A DNA stretch of 60,693 nt, filler included, from Basidiobolus ranarum (lineage: Eukaryota): NCBI GenBank assembly GCA_040143965.1. It is 6 parts of 6 records of this genome, joined end to end, with 100 filler letters (N's around TTAATTAATTAA, not from the genome) between each part and the next. Parts side by side here need not be neighbours in the genome. Positions count along the whole stretch, not along the records: positions 10,148 to 20,191 come from JASJQH010007625.1; positions 20,292 to 30,332 come from JASJQH010007626.1; 4 more parts are not named here. The stretch is one strand, 5' to 3'. Of this stretch, positions 14,979 to 29,266 are shown piece after piece (the stretch's first letter is position 1; the number at the start of each line of letters is the position of its first letter). The position numbers were made by a program, and so were the translations under genes. Under the pieces are notes generated by a model. That model was not told where the DNA came from. It was given only the letters and a program-made list of their open reading frames with translations, and did not search any database.

Positions 14979-17900
14979 AGATATCAATGTTGTTTATTTT
15001 GTCAGTAATTCCAGTCATATATTTGATTGGAGGGAGCTAATGGAACTGAGGCATCGATATTGTGACTACTTACACATTAGATTCATGCCTCAGTTGATGT
15101 CCTCTCTCCTGAACTGTTCTTGCCTGTTTAAAGCTCTTAAATAATCTCCATTTCTGAAACTCGTGACCACAATCTTAATTTAAATAGATTTAGTTTAAAT
15201 ATGGATATCCCAGATTATCAGAGGTATACATAGTAGTATGAAGAGCAATGCTCTGCAAGCTTCATGGCTTCTTAATCTCTTGATATTTCCATCATGTACT
15301 ACCTGATACCCATAAATAATGGGTGACCAGTTGGTTACCATATCATCTGGCCATGACTTCTTAATGTAACTGGAATGATTGAGCTATCCCCCATTCATTA
15401 ATTTGCCAAGAGGTATACTTGACGGTTTGGTATTCATAAAGAACCATTGATATTCATGAAGTCATACCGCTGAGGTATATAAAGACAAAGGGCCGAAAAA
15501 AAACGGAATGGTAAAACTGATGCATAACTATATGTATGTCTACATTGGCTCAGTTGAGTTATGACTAAATGGTGCGCGTTTATAGTTAATCATTTCTACA
15601 TATACTGTAGGCTGAACGAAATTTCGAAATGCTGGCTATCACTTGGAGATGACGAGATTACAAGAATATGGTAGTGTGGTAACTTAGTGATAGCAAGTTG
15701 AAAGAGATCTTTCGAAATATGTAATTAGTTCATCTATAGAATAGTCAAAGAGAGTAACCCAGTACATTATCTAAATTGTGCCCATAACGGAGGGCAACCG
15801 GAGAAAGCATAATCCATTCACACGTTTCGAGTTAGCATGACATAAAAACACTAGTAAAGCCCATAGTGGGTCTATCAATCCAATATCTGCAACATGATCA
15901 GCCAAGCATATCAGACTGCGGTTCGTTGGAACAAATATTGATTAAGGTTTTAGTATATCATCGGTAACTAATGGCCTCTACGGTTATCACATTCGAGACC
16001 TCCCTTTTATAGGAAATTGGTAGACTGAGAATAAGTGAAATAACGAGCTTGATTGAGGAATTGAGAATTGCTGAAGTCCATTTCTGGTAATTCAAGATGG
16101 TTCGCCTGATTGATGATTATTTTATCATGGGAATCGACGGATATGAGGCGTTGTTTTGTAGCTCCGTATTTCTTCCACAATCAGCTTTTATGGGGACACT
16201 AGTAAATCAAAATTGTACTGACCGTTTAGGATGATGGTATTCTTACTCCATATAGCAGCTTACATAGCTACGGTACGGTACCTCTGCCTCAACCAATGAA
16301 CCAGTAGGCCGGTGCCATAGAGCCTTACTAAGTCATTCGTAACTCCTGGACCGGTGGTCTAAGAATAAAATCCAAGTCCATATATATATCTACGTACCTC
16401 TGGGCCATAAATGTGGATTACTCAGCTTGCCGTCAAATCTCGTGCAGCAATTTCCGCAGAAGGATTTCGATAGAATACTCGCGCAATGTTGACGCTACTG
16501 CGCAGCAAAATAATTATCGAATTTCTGTTGATTGTCTTTTTAGGAAATCAGGGGGAGTTCTATCTACAAAGCCAATTTTAGGCAAGCTTAGCGCACTATG
16601 TGTTTGGTAAGAAAGCATCGGTTGCTACTGTCAACACTCAAAGTATGAGTATAGCTAGCCCCCAATCAGGTTTCTTGATTCACACCTTTGATCTGATCTG
16701 AGCGTTGAACAGAATCTGTTGCAAGTCTACACTCGGGCTATACATGATGCCAACGATCCGTTGCATGCACAAGGGAAACAGGGTTGCTTTGTTCGCTGTC
16801 CTCTGGGTAGTATGTGTGCATTGACAACGATGTGCAACGCAAATGAAGACACTTATTTGAATATAGGTAAACTTTGAATAATGCATATGCTAACATGTGC
16901 ATATGGGCTTTGCTTATTGACGGATCGACTCATCGCGAGAAACCTCTAAGCTAAATACACTACAATAGAATCCATGTTTCAACATGGGTGATTTGAATAA
17001 TGCATACTTCGAAGTTGCAGCCAACAGCTACTGGATGGTTGGAGCTGTGGACTGTATTTAAGCTTCTGTTTTCTTTGCCTTTAATTAAATGAGCATTGAG
17101 ATTCTGAAGGGTTCTCAAGAGAAAGCTTTCGAAACTTATCCATTGGAGATTAGTACATAGCGTATCATTGACCAATCAAATACATCACCAGCGCTTCTAA
17201 TCACGCTAAACTAATCATGATTAGTTCCATATAAAGTAGACCACCGACAACACATAACAGGTTCCAAGCAAAGGCATCCAGTAGGCTAGTCAGATCGTGT
17301 AAAATCCAGCTGTCTCTTTTTAGCTAGTTTATTTGGGTGGTCTACTCTAGGCCATATGAATTGGCGGGGCTCTGGCTCAAGTAATAGGTGCAGGTTTTGA
17401 GTAGGGTGGGGAGGTGATTAAGACACAACTTTTTTGTATACACTGGTTTATTGTTTCTGATACCCATTTGGGTTTACTGACCATGCTGAGATCATGACTG
17501 TGTCGATTATATAAGGAGCAGAATGGTTTCTTCTGTCGATTATCAAGCATATATTACTTTCTAAATCAGGCCAGACCCGACTGGTGCTGACATATGATTT
17601 CGGTTAAAACAAGCAGGGGAAATGAAAATCCTCCTCTGAAACAAAGATTAGAGGGTTAAACGTTTCGGCTTGTGTTATGATACGAAAGAACAAGAGACTC
17701 GAGTATCTTGTTTTGAGCAACGTAACTCGAAACATAGTTGATATCGTTGACTAGATATATCCTAGAGAAACCTGGACTTGTCGCACCAAGTCTTGGGGGC
17801 CTATGGATATGTTTGACTTGAGCATCTTTAAATGAAACATGTAGATTCATCGAAGACAAACATGTGACCTCGGTACAGATCATTTTATCTGTCAGGCGAT

Positions 17901-20191
17901 TTATCTGCATTCGAGGGACAGCAACACTGTGCATAGTGACATTCCTTACGAAAAAGTCAGCTTGAATATTCGCACACTGCCACTTTTATGGACTAACTGA
18001 GGATTTTCTACGATCCAAAGTTAAAGAGGCCTCTAATCGATTCCTTACATCTCTCAGTATTCTGTGCACTATACCGGCTTGGGGAAGATATGATGTGCCT
18101 CACTTGCCAATCATACAACGCGAGGTTCTAATATTTGCTCTAAACCCAAATAATGCCTAAAATGTTTTTGCGAATGCTTTTTGACAGACATAGGTATCTG
18201 TCTCACCTTCAAAGCATGCTTAATGGATATAAGTCACCCAGGAAACTGAGATTGAGACTTAATAGATGCTAAATCCATACTCAGGGCTAGGTGTGGGTGA
18301 TGCTCTCAGTAAAGTCTCAATAATATACTGATCGTTTAGGGAGAGTTTAATCCATCTTCAAATGGGCTTCTAGTCCTTCCAAACCCATACTGATCAGTAG
18401 CCATATACGCTATATGTCCTATACATGACTTGCATTGTATCCACCTTGCTTCCGCTACATGGCTAATCTCAAATTCGATATTTATCACTAACTGCGACTA
18501 ACGACTATCTCTAAAAGCGATGCTCCTGGCGAAGCAGCTCGAACACGGATCCAATTGAAATCCCTGAATCTCTGATAAGCATGGTGTAGTTTCAGCATCA
18601 CTCCCACCCCTCTCTATCAATGGGAAACACTTGCCTGGGAATAGCTTATTTTGGACCCAGCACCATACCCAACCAAGCTGCTTGATTTGCCAAAAAATGC
18701 GGAATGTTACAAGTAGGAATGTAGAATATATCGATCGAATCAAAGATATACATGTCATTCTCAATAAATCTCGCTCAATTGTGTTCCTTGTAGTGCTTAT
18801 AATGGCTATCTGAAGTGGAGCCAGATTGCCGACTGTGTTCACCCAATTTATCCGTTCAATTGGTGGACAATCGCAAGTACAAGTTCATCAGGCATGCGCT
18901 GCTGCATTGGCTATCCTACTTTTCTCAAGATCAAATTCAATGAAGGCGTTGTTATAAGCGAGCCTAAAACATCCATGGGGCAGGAATGAAAATGGCTAAA
19001 TTGAAAGCGCAACAAAGAAACAGACCTTGTTATTGTAGCTTCCGTCGTATAGTTTCATGCATGATATTCATTGTGATTCTTTCTCTGAGAACAGGTTTTA
19101 CCTCACTGTCTTGATTGTATTGCAAGCTATTATAGAATCCCATGATCTCATCCACATTCCAATTTTTAGTCATTGAGATGCCTGTTTAGGACATTGGTGC
19201 CAATTTATCTCTTTGTTGAAAGTTTCTCATGTTCCGTCCTTCGAAACTGGTTGAACGTAGGCTTGGTCAGTAAATCATCTCTCTGTTAAGCTTCTCTTGA
19301 TAGTGATCATCTACAATGCTTGGGGAGGGAGCTCTGAGATTCGCCATATTCCATCGGACAAGCTTAGCACCAACGAACGACAAAATCGTGCTCAACCCGA
19401 GCCATCTGGATTACCTGCAGATCCGCCAAGAATGGCGCAGGAGAGTCTGAGAGCCCGCAAGGCCTCCCCAAATCAATGCAAAGACCAGAGGTGGAGGTGA
19501 AGACCTCTTGAATGGAGTCGTTTCCGGGTGGTTGCTAGTCCTAGTAAGCAGTTCAAGTGACCACTAGTGCAGGATCACATCTACACCACAAACAATACAT
19601 GTATGATTTGGACCCAGATCCGGTATATCAAGAGATAGAACATTTACACTTGAGCTACCATACAAATATATGCTGATGGGTTTCATTCGGCTGGTGTCAA
19701 TAACCGGCCAGAAGAAGCACAGAGAGCTTATGTTATGTTCTGGATTCTCATTCAATTTTTTCCTTTTTCTGCACCATCTCCCTACTTCGATTTTTCAGCA
19801 TCGTACGGAATTGTATCATTATCAGCCAACAAACAATTCTCATCATCCTTTTCCCTCATAATTCCCATTTTGTGCCGTTCCACATCTGCTAGAAAATCAC
19901 AATTACATTATTGATGGATCTGAATATCATGATATGTGTTGCCCGATCAGTAGATGACTAGGGAGCCTTAGAATGATGCCTTATTTTGATCCCAATAGGT
20001 GGTGGATCTCGCTGCAATAGTCATTTATATTGACACACTTCTTTATCACCGCAACTGGAAGCCTCATACTTACCAACAAGAACCCGTAGCTTATTTTGAT
20101 TATTCGGTTTCCCCACTTCTCTCCCCACTATAAAATCTCCAACCGCTCCATATTTTTTTTTCGCCACCATCTGCAATCACGAGTACGCCTA

Positions 20192-20291
20192 NNNNNNNNN
20201 NNNNNNNNNNNNNNNNNNNNNNNNNNNNNNNNNNNTTAATTAATTAANNNNNNNNNNNNNNNNNNNNNNNNNNNNNNNNNNNNNNNNNNNN
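20192..20291. other. Artificial 100-nt contig spacer
   Basis: N-run/TTAATTAATTAA/N-run. Confidence 0.98.
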
Positions 20292-22411
20292 AGTGATAGA
20301 AATATTTTCAATGTGAAAAAATCGCCATTCATCCAGATTGTAATCCGTACACACTAAAAAATGATATCGCATTGATAAAAGTAGACATGAATTTGTCACT
20401 CATCACTGATACTATTCCCGATAAGCACCGCCAATGTGGCTGCCAAAGAAGTACTGAGAGCTGCTGGGTGGGGACAAACAGAGATGCAGAACAAGTCACT
20501 AAATTCGAGAGAAGTGGCCCTCCAGATTTACTTTTTCAGAATGCACTCAGGACATCCATCAATTTAAAGATTATTCTGGAGAACATATTTGCGTATGCTC
20601 AACTCCCAGCCAGGGTACATGTTCTGGTGATAGTGGAAGACCTCTGTTCCGATCAGAAAATGTACAGAAATTAGTAGGATTGACCAGCTATGGGGTTGTT
20701 AACACCTCAGATAAAAGGTGTTCAATTGGCATTTATACACATGCTCATGCATATTTGGGTTACATCCAAGGCGTTACTAGTCTTAGCTACCATGAGCAAA
20801 TTTCTACAGGATACCTCTGGAAAGTTCATCACTATGAATCAAACAAGAGAGCTCTACTTTCGCTGTGTATTGATTCTTCCTCTTGGCTATTCTCAGCTTC
20901 GTACGGTAAACTTTCGTTTCTACTCCACTATAATTCCTTGTATCTGGTTTTATCATTCGAGCATTATATGCATTATCTGACTTGATTTTTGCCATTTGCT
21001 TAATCGACACTTCAGTGTATACAGGTATAACTAGGCAATCGAGATTGAAACTTCGATTGTTGAATGCATATAAATTAGATCGAATACACTATGGACATGT
21101 AGCGTCTTACTTTCTTTGGCAAGAGCTTTAATTGCACAGAAACCGAGGACAGTATTTTCTTGCGTTACGATTGAATATGCCAAATATTGAGATGATGCAG
21201 ATTGCGCTGTTCTGAGTGAACGCGATAGCTCATTCAGTTGCAATGCTACATTAGTATGACTAGGTTACTCTATACTGTTGGCTGCTGAGCTTGTCAATAT
21301 ATCGGAGAACTGTAGTTGGACAGCATCCTTCATGTATTTTATACCTGGACGTCTGACACCTACATATCCCATTTCATATCCATCTCATACCATGGCAACC
21401 TGCCACGTATGTGCCATACAAGCATCTCTGTGACCATGTCGATTTATGCGAATCCGTTAAAGCTCTAGTGGTCAGATATATTATAACCTCTTATTGGTGT
21501 GCTGCTCTCCTAATTATGCTCTATGGTGTGTTTTGAATAGGGTGATCTAAAATCAGGTGATCCACCCGTACATATCGGGAGCTCTCCAACCTGATCAAAT
21601 CAAGGTAATATGATGAATTGAGCTACAGCCGGAGCTTTCGACCAGATCCATAAGGTCAAGGGTGCTGTATAAAATGGAGAACGATATAAAATACACATAA
21701 GAACATACGTGGCAAAAGAACACACTACTACAGATATACTCTTGTCATAGCACTTGTTTCAACTGAGTTTCTGGTAAAAACGGCTCTTGTTTCTCAATCA
21801 ACAAGATGACCGTCACATCACTACGGAAATTGCGGTCCCAAGATCGTCCACTGCTATATTGATGATCTTTGCTGCAGGAGCTTGGAAACTGCTTGATAAG
21901 CTCATCCCAGTAAGAGCTTTTATATGGCCAAGCCTGTACCAAAGAAACTCACACAAGCCCCATGCAGCCCTTATATTATTAACCGGTCTTTCAAAACGAC
22001 CCACCCCTGCCAGTTTTTCCGTCGAAAATCGTTTGAAGGGCAACTCCAACATTGCTTTCCCTTTTTGATCAAGCGTCAATATTAGTCAGCATATAACTCT
22101 TAAACAAAATGGCATCTGAATCCTGTTCTCATGAACAATCAATCTTCATAAATTTGTCATTCGGACATGAAATTTCGAAATCCTGTCAATTATTTTTTAT
22201 TGGATAGTGTGCATGATTTGAAACAGTGTGTACCTTATTTGCATGCTATAGCATCATTTGGAGGCTATGAGGGATGCCTACTCTTGAGTTAAGAGAGCTT
22301 ATCTATCCACGGATGTGACTCTCTTATGCCATCTCTATATCCTTTTAGATATTTTTCAGATAATAATTCCTTAGAAATTACTTCTCTTCTCCTTCCCGTC
22401 TACTCAGCTTA

Positions 22412-24235
22412 ATGATATTTACACAAACATTTGTTGTGCTCACAGTCCCGGCATTTCTGCTTGCCTTCATAAATTCTCGTTCTTCGAGTGCCGAACCCTT
22501 GCCTCTAGACGAAGAGGATCCAGATAAAGCTCAAGGAAAGCATGACCCAATAAAATATCGCTCTTTTCGTAACAAGTACTTGATTGTGTATTGCTTAGTG
22601 ATGGGTAAGAGTTGTGCTTTATAGAAAACTCTTAACTACTTATTAATACAAACTGTCAAATATTAGGGGGCGATTGGCTGCAAGGACCGTATATATATGC
22701 TTTGTATAAAAGCCACGGCTTGAACATGCATTATATTTCACTCTTGTTTATGACAGGATACCTTACAAGCGCTCTGTTTGGCGCCTTTCTTGGTTCTTTA
22801 GCGGACAATTAGTAAGAGATATTATCCAATATGAATATTCATCCAAGGACTTCACTGACTGATTTGTCTTTTAGCGGAAGAAAACGTATCTGCTTATGGT
22901 TTACTGTTCTTTACTCCATTGCAAGTATATTGGCTACCGTTCCAAATTTAGCAATATTATTTTTTGGAAAAATATTGGCCGGAATCAGCACCTCATTACT
23001 ATACTCAATATTTGAAAGCTGGATGGTTAGTCAACACTTTAAAGAGGGTTAGTTACCAACTTGACTTGCGATTGGTTTCTTTGTTAACATAGATAAATAT
23101 TAATTTTGTGACCTTTTATTTCCTGAAAAGATTTCTCTCCATTTGCGTTATCCAAGACATTTTCTTGGGCCACCTTTTTGAACGGCATTACTGCAATCAG
23201 CTGTGGTTTGTTCGCGGATACGGTAGTGGAAAGATTCGGTGAGAGTGCCCCGTTTTATGCTGCAGTCGGGTGCTTTGGATTTGGTGCAGCGTTGATTACT
23301 ATATTTTGGAGTGAGAACTATGGTGGAACCGAGGTAGTTATTGAAAACTGCACATTTCTCTGGCTGCCACTAATCAATGTTTTTCAGAAGTTTGAGAACA
23401 CGAAAGATTCGCTGTATCGTGGAATTACACATATTATTCAAGGTAACAATCAAGAAGTACAAGGCATGCTTTCAGTATTCTAATCAGCTCCCTATAGATC
23501 ATAAAATAGCCTTAGTAGGAGCTGTTCAAGCTCTTTTTGAAGGGGCTATGTTCAGCATCATATCCCTATGGGGACCTATATTGGAGGCAGCGGATGGTAA
23601 CATTGCTCATAGTTTCACACCCATTTCAATAGTGATCACTTACAATGTAATTTTCTTAGCATCCCACGAACTACCCTATGGCATCATCTTTTCTAGCTTC
23701 ATGGTCTCTATGATGATCGGTTCTTCGGTATTTCAATATTTGACGAACCGAGGATGGGATCCCAAAACTGTTGGCAAAATAACGTTTTTCATTTCTGGCT
23801 CTGCCTTGCTAAGTACAAAGCTAATTTCGGTGAAGTGCCAAACTATTAGATATTTTCGAAACTTTCTTTGTACTGACAAATGTTTATCGCTAAATTTAGA
23901 CTCAAACTTGGATTTTCATTTGCTTTAATATCTTCGAATTTGGTTGTGGTATGTATTATCCGATGATTGGCACTTTGAGAGGCACCTATATACCCGAAGA
24001 GTCTCGATCCACCATCATGAACTTCTTCACAATTCCTTGGAACATCTATGTTATATTCATTCTGCTAGCGGTAAGAGCGATTTCAATTACATACCCTTTT
24101 TATTGGAGTATGTATTGTGTACTTAACCGAATATCTATTCAATAGTCTGCCTCTACCTCGGCTTCTACATTACTAACCATATGTAGCGCCAATTTATTCA
24201 TGGCACTTGCATTGATTCATCTCCTACGTTCATAA
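22412..24235 (+). CDS. MFS transporter of the MFSD5/MOT2 (DUF791, molybdate-anion transporter-like) family, multi-exon
   Basis: Spliced motifs FRNKYLIVYCLVMG/DWLQGPYIYALY, LGSLADNYGRKR, GISTSLLYSIFESWMV, WSENYG, ALFEGAMF, PYGIIFSSFMVSMMIGS, YYPMIGTLRGTYIPEESRSTIMNFFTIPWN. Last exon ends ALIHLLRS* at 24235. Confidence 0.92.
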
Positions 24236-24822
24236 TGACCACTCTTGAACGCCACGTACCTTCTGATTTCTGTGCAATCTTTTATTTTGAAATGTCACCT
24301 GAATCTATTCGTTACTCTCACTCTGGATCGTCTGTCTATAATATCTTCTAAACTCCGAACATCCCTTATCTCCTATTGTGTTGGTACTAATTACACATAG
24401 ATATGTATTCATTGGAGCCCACCATATTATGTTACTATATATTTTCACTAAAACTCAACTGATCTTCAACATACCGCAGGGACTGGGACCACCTGTTCAA
24501 TGCATTGTGAGGGTCTTTACCGACTTGCTCAGGGAAACAACCTTTTAACAGGTTAATGCCGAATAAAGTAGCATCAATATTATTCATTTACCAAATAAAT
24601 CCACTGTGTACATATATATCTGTACGAAAGAGAAAAATTTATCATTTATTAGAGAGTGACCGATTTTACGGTTTTGGTATTTAAGGAAGATGATAGGTTG
24701 ATGTTGTACCATTTTTGTGTGTAATGGTCATGATAATAAAAATATCTGCCAGTTTGGTTAACTATTACATTTCAAGGTTCTCTCTTAGTATCTTGGGTTC
24801 TCCCAATACCTCCTTCTGAAAC

Positions 24823-26367
24823 ATGAGTGTAAACCCAGTATTGTCGAGTGCAGAATACATTCAGAAAGTACTTGTTGATTTTTCCCCTCCTCCATTTCAA
24901 GACAAGAAGAGAAACTGACTTTATTTTCTTAGAATAGTAGAGATGTAAAGATTCCGAAGGAGGGAGTCAAAGTTGCCGCTCAAAAAGTGACCTTTTTCCT
25001 TCCGCCTTTCAAGTTGAATTTGTTTTTGGTAACCTTTTCTTCAACTCAGATTTTCGAAAGTATGAAAAGCTTGGAGTACTCCACGGCAACTTGGAAAACA
25101 CACCAACTGAATCCGAGTATTGCTAACGAGGAAGCTATAGATTGGTAGAGTCATCTTTATGGAAAAAACCTCCCTTTTTTAATTTCTTATTAACTTGAGG
25201 GGTTTATCAAGGATATTCTTTGTGGATTCTTTGAACTTTTCTTTCTGGTCGAAATACGATACAAGCCAGCAATATGCGGTCAGTTACGAGGAAAATACTT
25301 ATCGTGGATACTGGACCCTATGTTGTTGTGTTAATAGAGGTAAACCTGGGCTTGAGTATTATACAAGATAACTTTGTATTTATTAAAGACTTGCTACCGA
25401 ATAGCCATTTCTGAAGGAATTTCCATTACCGACCCGAGAGTATTCAAGGACCTTGATGAAAATCAACTTTCGTACATTTTCCGGTCGGATACAAAAGAAT
25501 CCATTCCACTACTGACTGAGAGACTTGAAATCCTAAGAGAAGTGGGAACAGTTCTTGTAGAGGTAATTTAATGGCATATGATCGAGTTCATACATACACT
25601 TGTTTAAGTTATCTTTGAATTCTTTAGAAATTTGATGGTTCCTTTGTGAATTGTATTAAGCAAGCGGATAATAGCGCCATGAAGCTACTGAATTTGATAG
25701 TAAGTAACTTTAAGTCGTACAGAGACGAGCACTTTTTTGAGGGAAGAAATGGTATGATACTCAGTCAATAAGCCATCTTTAATAAGCATGTTTAATTGAC
25801 TGTACACACACATTCTCTTTCAGTTCAAATCCTCAAAAGAGCACAAATCTTAATCGCAGATATTTGGTAAGGAATTTATAAATGTTATTACAACTGTCCT
25901 CACCGACTCTAATCGACCATTCATATGTAGGGCATGCTTCGAGGGAAAAGGCTTGGGTCGCTTCGATGATATAGATGAAATAACTATGTTTGCAGATTAT
26001 AGGTAAGTGTCACCTTTTATTTGAACATCTTTCCCGATACTAAAGTCAGGATAAACCCAGAGTTCCGCAAGCTTTAGTATATTTCAATGCACTCGAATAC
26101 TCTGACCATCTCCTTTCTCTTCTCAATAATCAAACTCCTCTACCATCTGGCGGACGACTTGAAATTGAAATTCGTGGATGCTCCATTTGGGCGGTAGAGT
26201 GTGTTCGTCGAGAGATTCAACAGCTAATACAACTGAATCCGGACCAATTGAAATATGACAAAGTTAATCCGATCTTAATTGACTTTTACATATGGGATTA
26301 TGCCAAGGCACATTCGGATCAATTAAGGCAGATTCCCATTCATTTGACCCGCTCGATCTACTATTAA
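24823..26367 (+). CDS. QNG1: Queuosine salvage protein / queuosine-nucleotide N-glycosylase (DUF2419, C9orf64/Qng1 family), multi-exon
   Basis: Spliced motifs MSVNPVLSSAEYI, WKTHQLNP, WIFFVDSLNFSFWS, YRGYWTLCCCVNRA, LKRAQILIADIWACF, ITMFADYRVPQAL, EIEIRGCSIWAVE, LIDFYIWDYA, PIHLTRSIYY*. Confidence 0.93.
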
Positions 26368-26874
26368 TTTACTTGTCTTGATAGCTACATGAAAAACAAA
26401 TAGATCACCACCAAAATCCCTCCCTTGGAAGTGTAACTATTAGATGAAAGGATTTACAATACATATGAGACCATAAACTCGTGAAATTCAACTAGAATAA
26501 GATCGCCTTCTTTGATAATATCCTAGGATTCCCTTGGTCAATACGTTAGACTTAATATCGACTTGTGAAAGAACGAGTGGCATACTAGTGAATTTTTCAT
26601 GGTTTTTTAACTGGTAAAAATGAAAGTCGCGTGCTTATCTCGGGAGATGACCAAATGGTCACTCATATTAGTAATAAGCTGTTGGTATAATTTCGTTTTA
26701 TTAGTGAAGTATGAGGAGCGGGATAACCTGCTGGATTTGCATTCTCTATGGGTCAATATGTTATGTAAGTGAGTGTGTTTTTCAATAGTTGAAAAATGGA
26801 CTTTACGGTACATCAAAGAATGTTTAGTAGTAACAGTGAATGTAAATGTTTCCTTGATATACGGTTCACCAGTC

Positions 26875-28172
26875 TCACGTGAAGTGTCGCGTAAGAGTTT
26901 CCTAATATGCGCAAGTAGCAATAAAGAAAGAGAGTATGATTTGGTTAGTTATATGCTTCACCAAGATGATATATCCGATTTCTACTTACATGTGTGAAAA
27001 AGATGATCGCACTGGTGGGTGCACTCTTAGCTACGGTGATACCGCAACCGCGATAAAACCCGCGGATCCCTTCTGCAGCGTAGAGCTCTTTAGCGATCTG
27101 AATGATCCCCCGTTTAAACTGACTCGTATATTGAGATTGACCGACTACTTCAGTTTGCATTTGAGATTTAATAACATCAGCCGGGAAAAGAATAAAATTA
27201 TAGGACATCCCAGCAACTGCTCCTGCTAACATGAGATGACCGGCTCCAAGATTACTCTTTGTGATTATCTCTCCGGATTTGAGGTTCTTACTTTCTCTTG
27301 CTATGAGCCACCGGCATATTGCTTCGTAAACTCCGAACCATGCTGCTCCACCACCGACCTCACGGAAAAGTGTAGGTAAATTTCCACGATAAAATCCGGT
27401 TATCCCCTCATGTTTTAAAGTGTGGGAAATGACGGAGAATGGGCCAGTGAAATGGGTTACTTGACTGCCTCTCAAAACGGAATTCTGATACTTGCGAGCC
27501 TCTTGAACTTGTAGTTTGCATTTAATAAGTTCTATAGGGGTCAATACAAAAGTTGCAGCAATTCCAGAAAATCCTCCAGCGAGGCACAACTCCGAAAGGG
27601 ACAACTCTGGAAGAGCTCCCTTATCCTCCAGATCATGTTCACCACGTAAGAATTTCCGAATCAATTTCTGTCCTTGAGCGTAGCCAACAAACAAAGCCGA
27701 ATTCTCAAGCATGGCTCCTACTAAAGGCGAAGAAAGACCCTTGGGGGAGGTTAAACGGGTTAGAATCTACTTTGTTAGCAATGAACTGAACGAAAACATA
27801 CTCGATATAAGCCATGAAAACCTTCATGGTGAACAGTTTTTCTTAAACAGTCCCATGGACCTTCGAACATTCTTTGACCTGCAGGTTGAGACTGCAGACG
27901 GACTTTCACAGTATCAAGAGGGTACTCGATCAGTTTTCCCAACATTCCAGCGAACTGGCAGTTTAAAAGAAAATTTTTTAGACGACTTATGTCCCAAAAC
28001 AAGTAGGTTTCGTCCAACATGGACAATTCCCAGTTAACGTAATGAAACTAACCGAGCCGAAAAGTAGATCCGCAACAGTTGAACCTTTCTCGAAAAGCTT
28101 TAAGCCGCTCTCCTTCGACAAATCGAACCCTGTGCTGTTCACCTCAGTGGTTGGAGTCTGAATGTAGTCCAT
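26875..28172 (-). CDS. Mitochondrial carrier (SLC25), ornithine/basic amino-acid carrier ORT1/SLC25A15-like
   Basis: Three carrier repeats ([33 protein letters not shown]), [10 protein letters not shown] and [14 protein letters not shown]. Final mini-exon ETLTRHFT* ends at 26875. Confidence 0.9.
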
Positions 28173-29266
28173 TAGATTAGTATATACAACACTGATAAAG
28201 AGGCAATTGTCAAAATTTAAAGCTATTTAAATATGATACATGAGTAGAATTTGAATCGATTCAAATTAAATTAAATTCCTATGTAACATAACTAATACAT
28301 AAGTAACAACCGAACTGGCAAGTTAGAGCTGATATTTGTACTATGACCTCGTCCATTCACAAGTCAGCCTATATCTCGATCAAACCAATTCAATAAAAAT
28401 TTCACTAGAGCAGAGCCATCGAAAAGAAAAAATGAATGACGGAAATCAATTGGGTGATTCATGTCCAATTACTGCAGAAATCAGAGATGTGAAATGAATC
28501 CTTTCAACGTGGGATCCAACATGACAACTTTTATGAGTCATACAAACTAAGTAGCTAGGGAGAGAAGGCTTGTTATCAGATTGACATCAGGCTTAGCTCT
28601 CCTTCGCTTAATATCTTCCTCATTATAGATAGTACGTCCATATGGAGAAAGAGCGACATGCATTTTCCTTGATTGTCAGCACATGCTCTACACAGACTGG
28701 TAGCAGAGTTCTTAATTTACTGGTGATGCTACCAAGATAAGCATGTGCTCAGGTATCAGACTATTCAAGAAGTGGTGTGACCCCAATAATGTGAGCTAGT
28801 TCGACCAACGTTATTGCCAAACCATGCTACTACTAAGCACCATGACGAGCTTATTCTAAAACGAGCAGCAGAAGTTTACCCGATTCGATTATCTACAAAC
28901 TAATATCAATCTTAAACAGAAAATGGACTGCATGATTCATACCCGATACCACCTCCAATATATATATTGGCAGTGTCCGATTAATTCAATCAATTAATGC
29001 CTCCTGGAGATTCAATCAAGTTTGATTAAGTAACTTTGTTTAAGAATGCCGATGACTTCAGATGTAGGTATTGGAACAAAAGCAGGGAAAGTTTCAGAAA
29101 ACATCCCATTACAATCAGACATTTCTTGAGCATTCTCGTGGTTGTGTGACCTTCCTTTTCGTTGGTTTACTATACACTCCTCGATTCACGCCAGCTCGTA
29201 AATCTTTCTTAGCGGTTGATCCAAAGTAGTAGTAGTAGTTTTATTTACTTTGAAAGAACCAGAGCG

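Noticed and set aside
20292-22100. Cluster of short ORFs upstream of the MFS gene as a gene or pseudogene
   Set aside because: The frames are inconsistent, and I found no recognisable motif or spliceable model.
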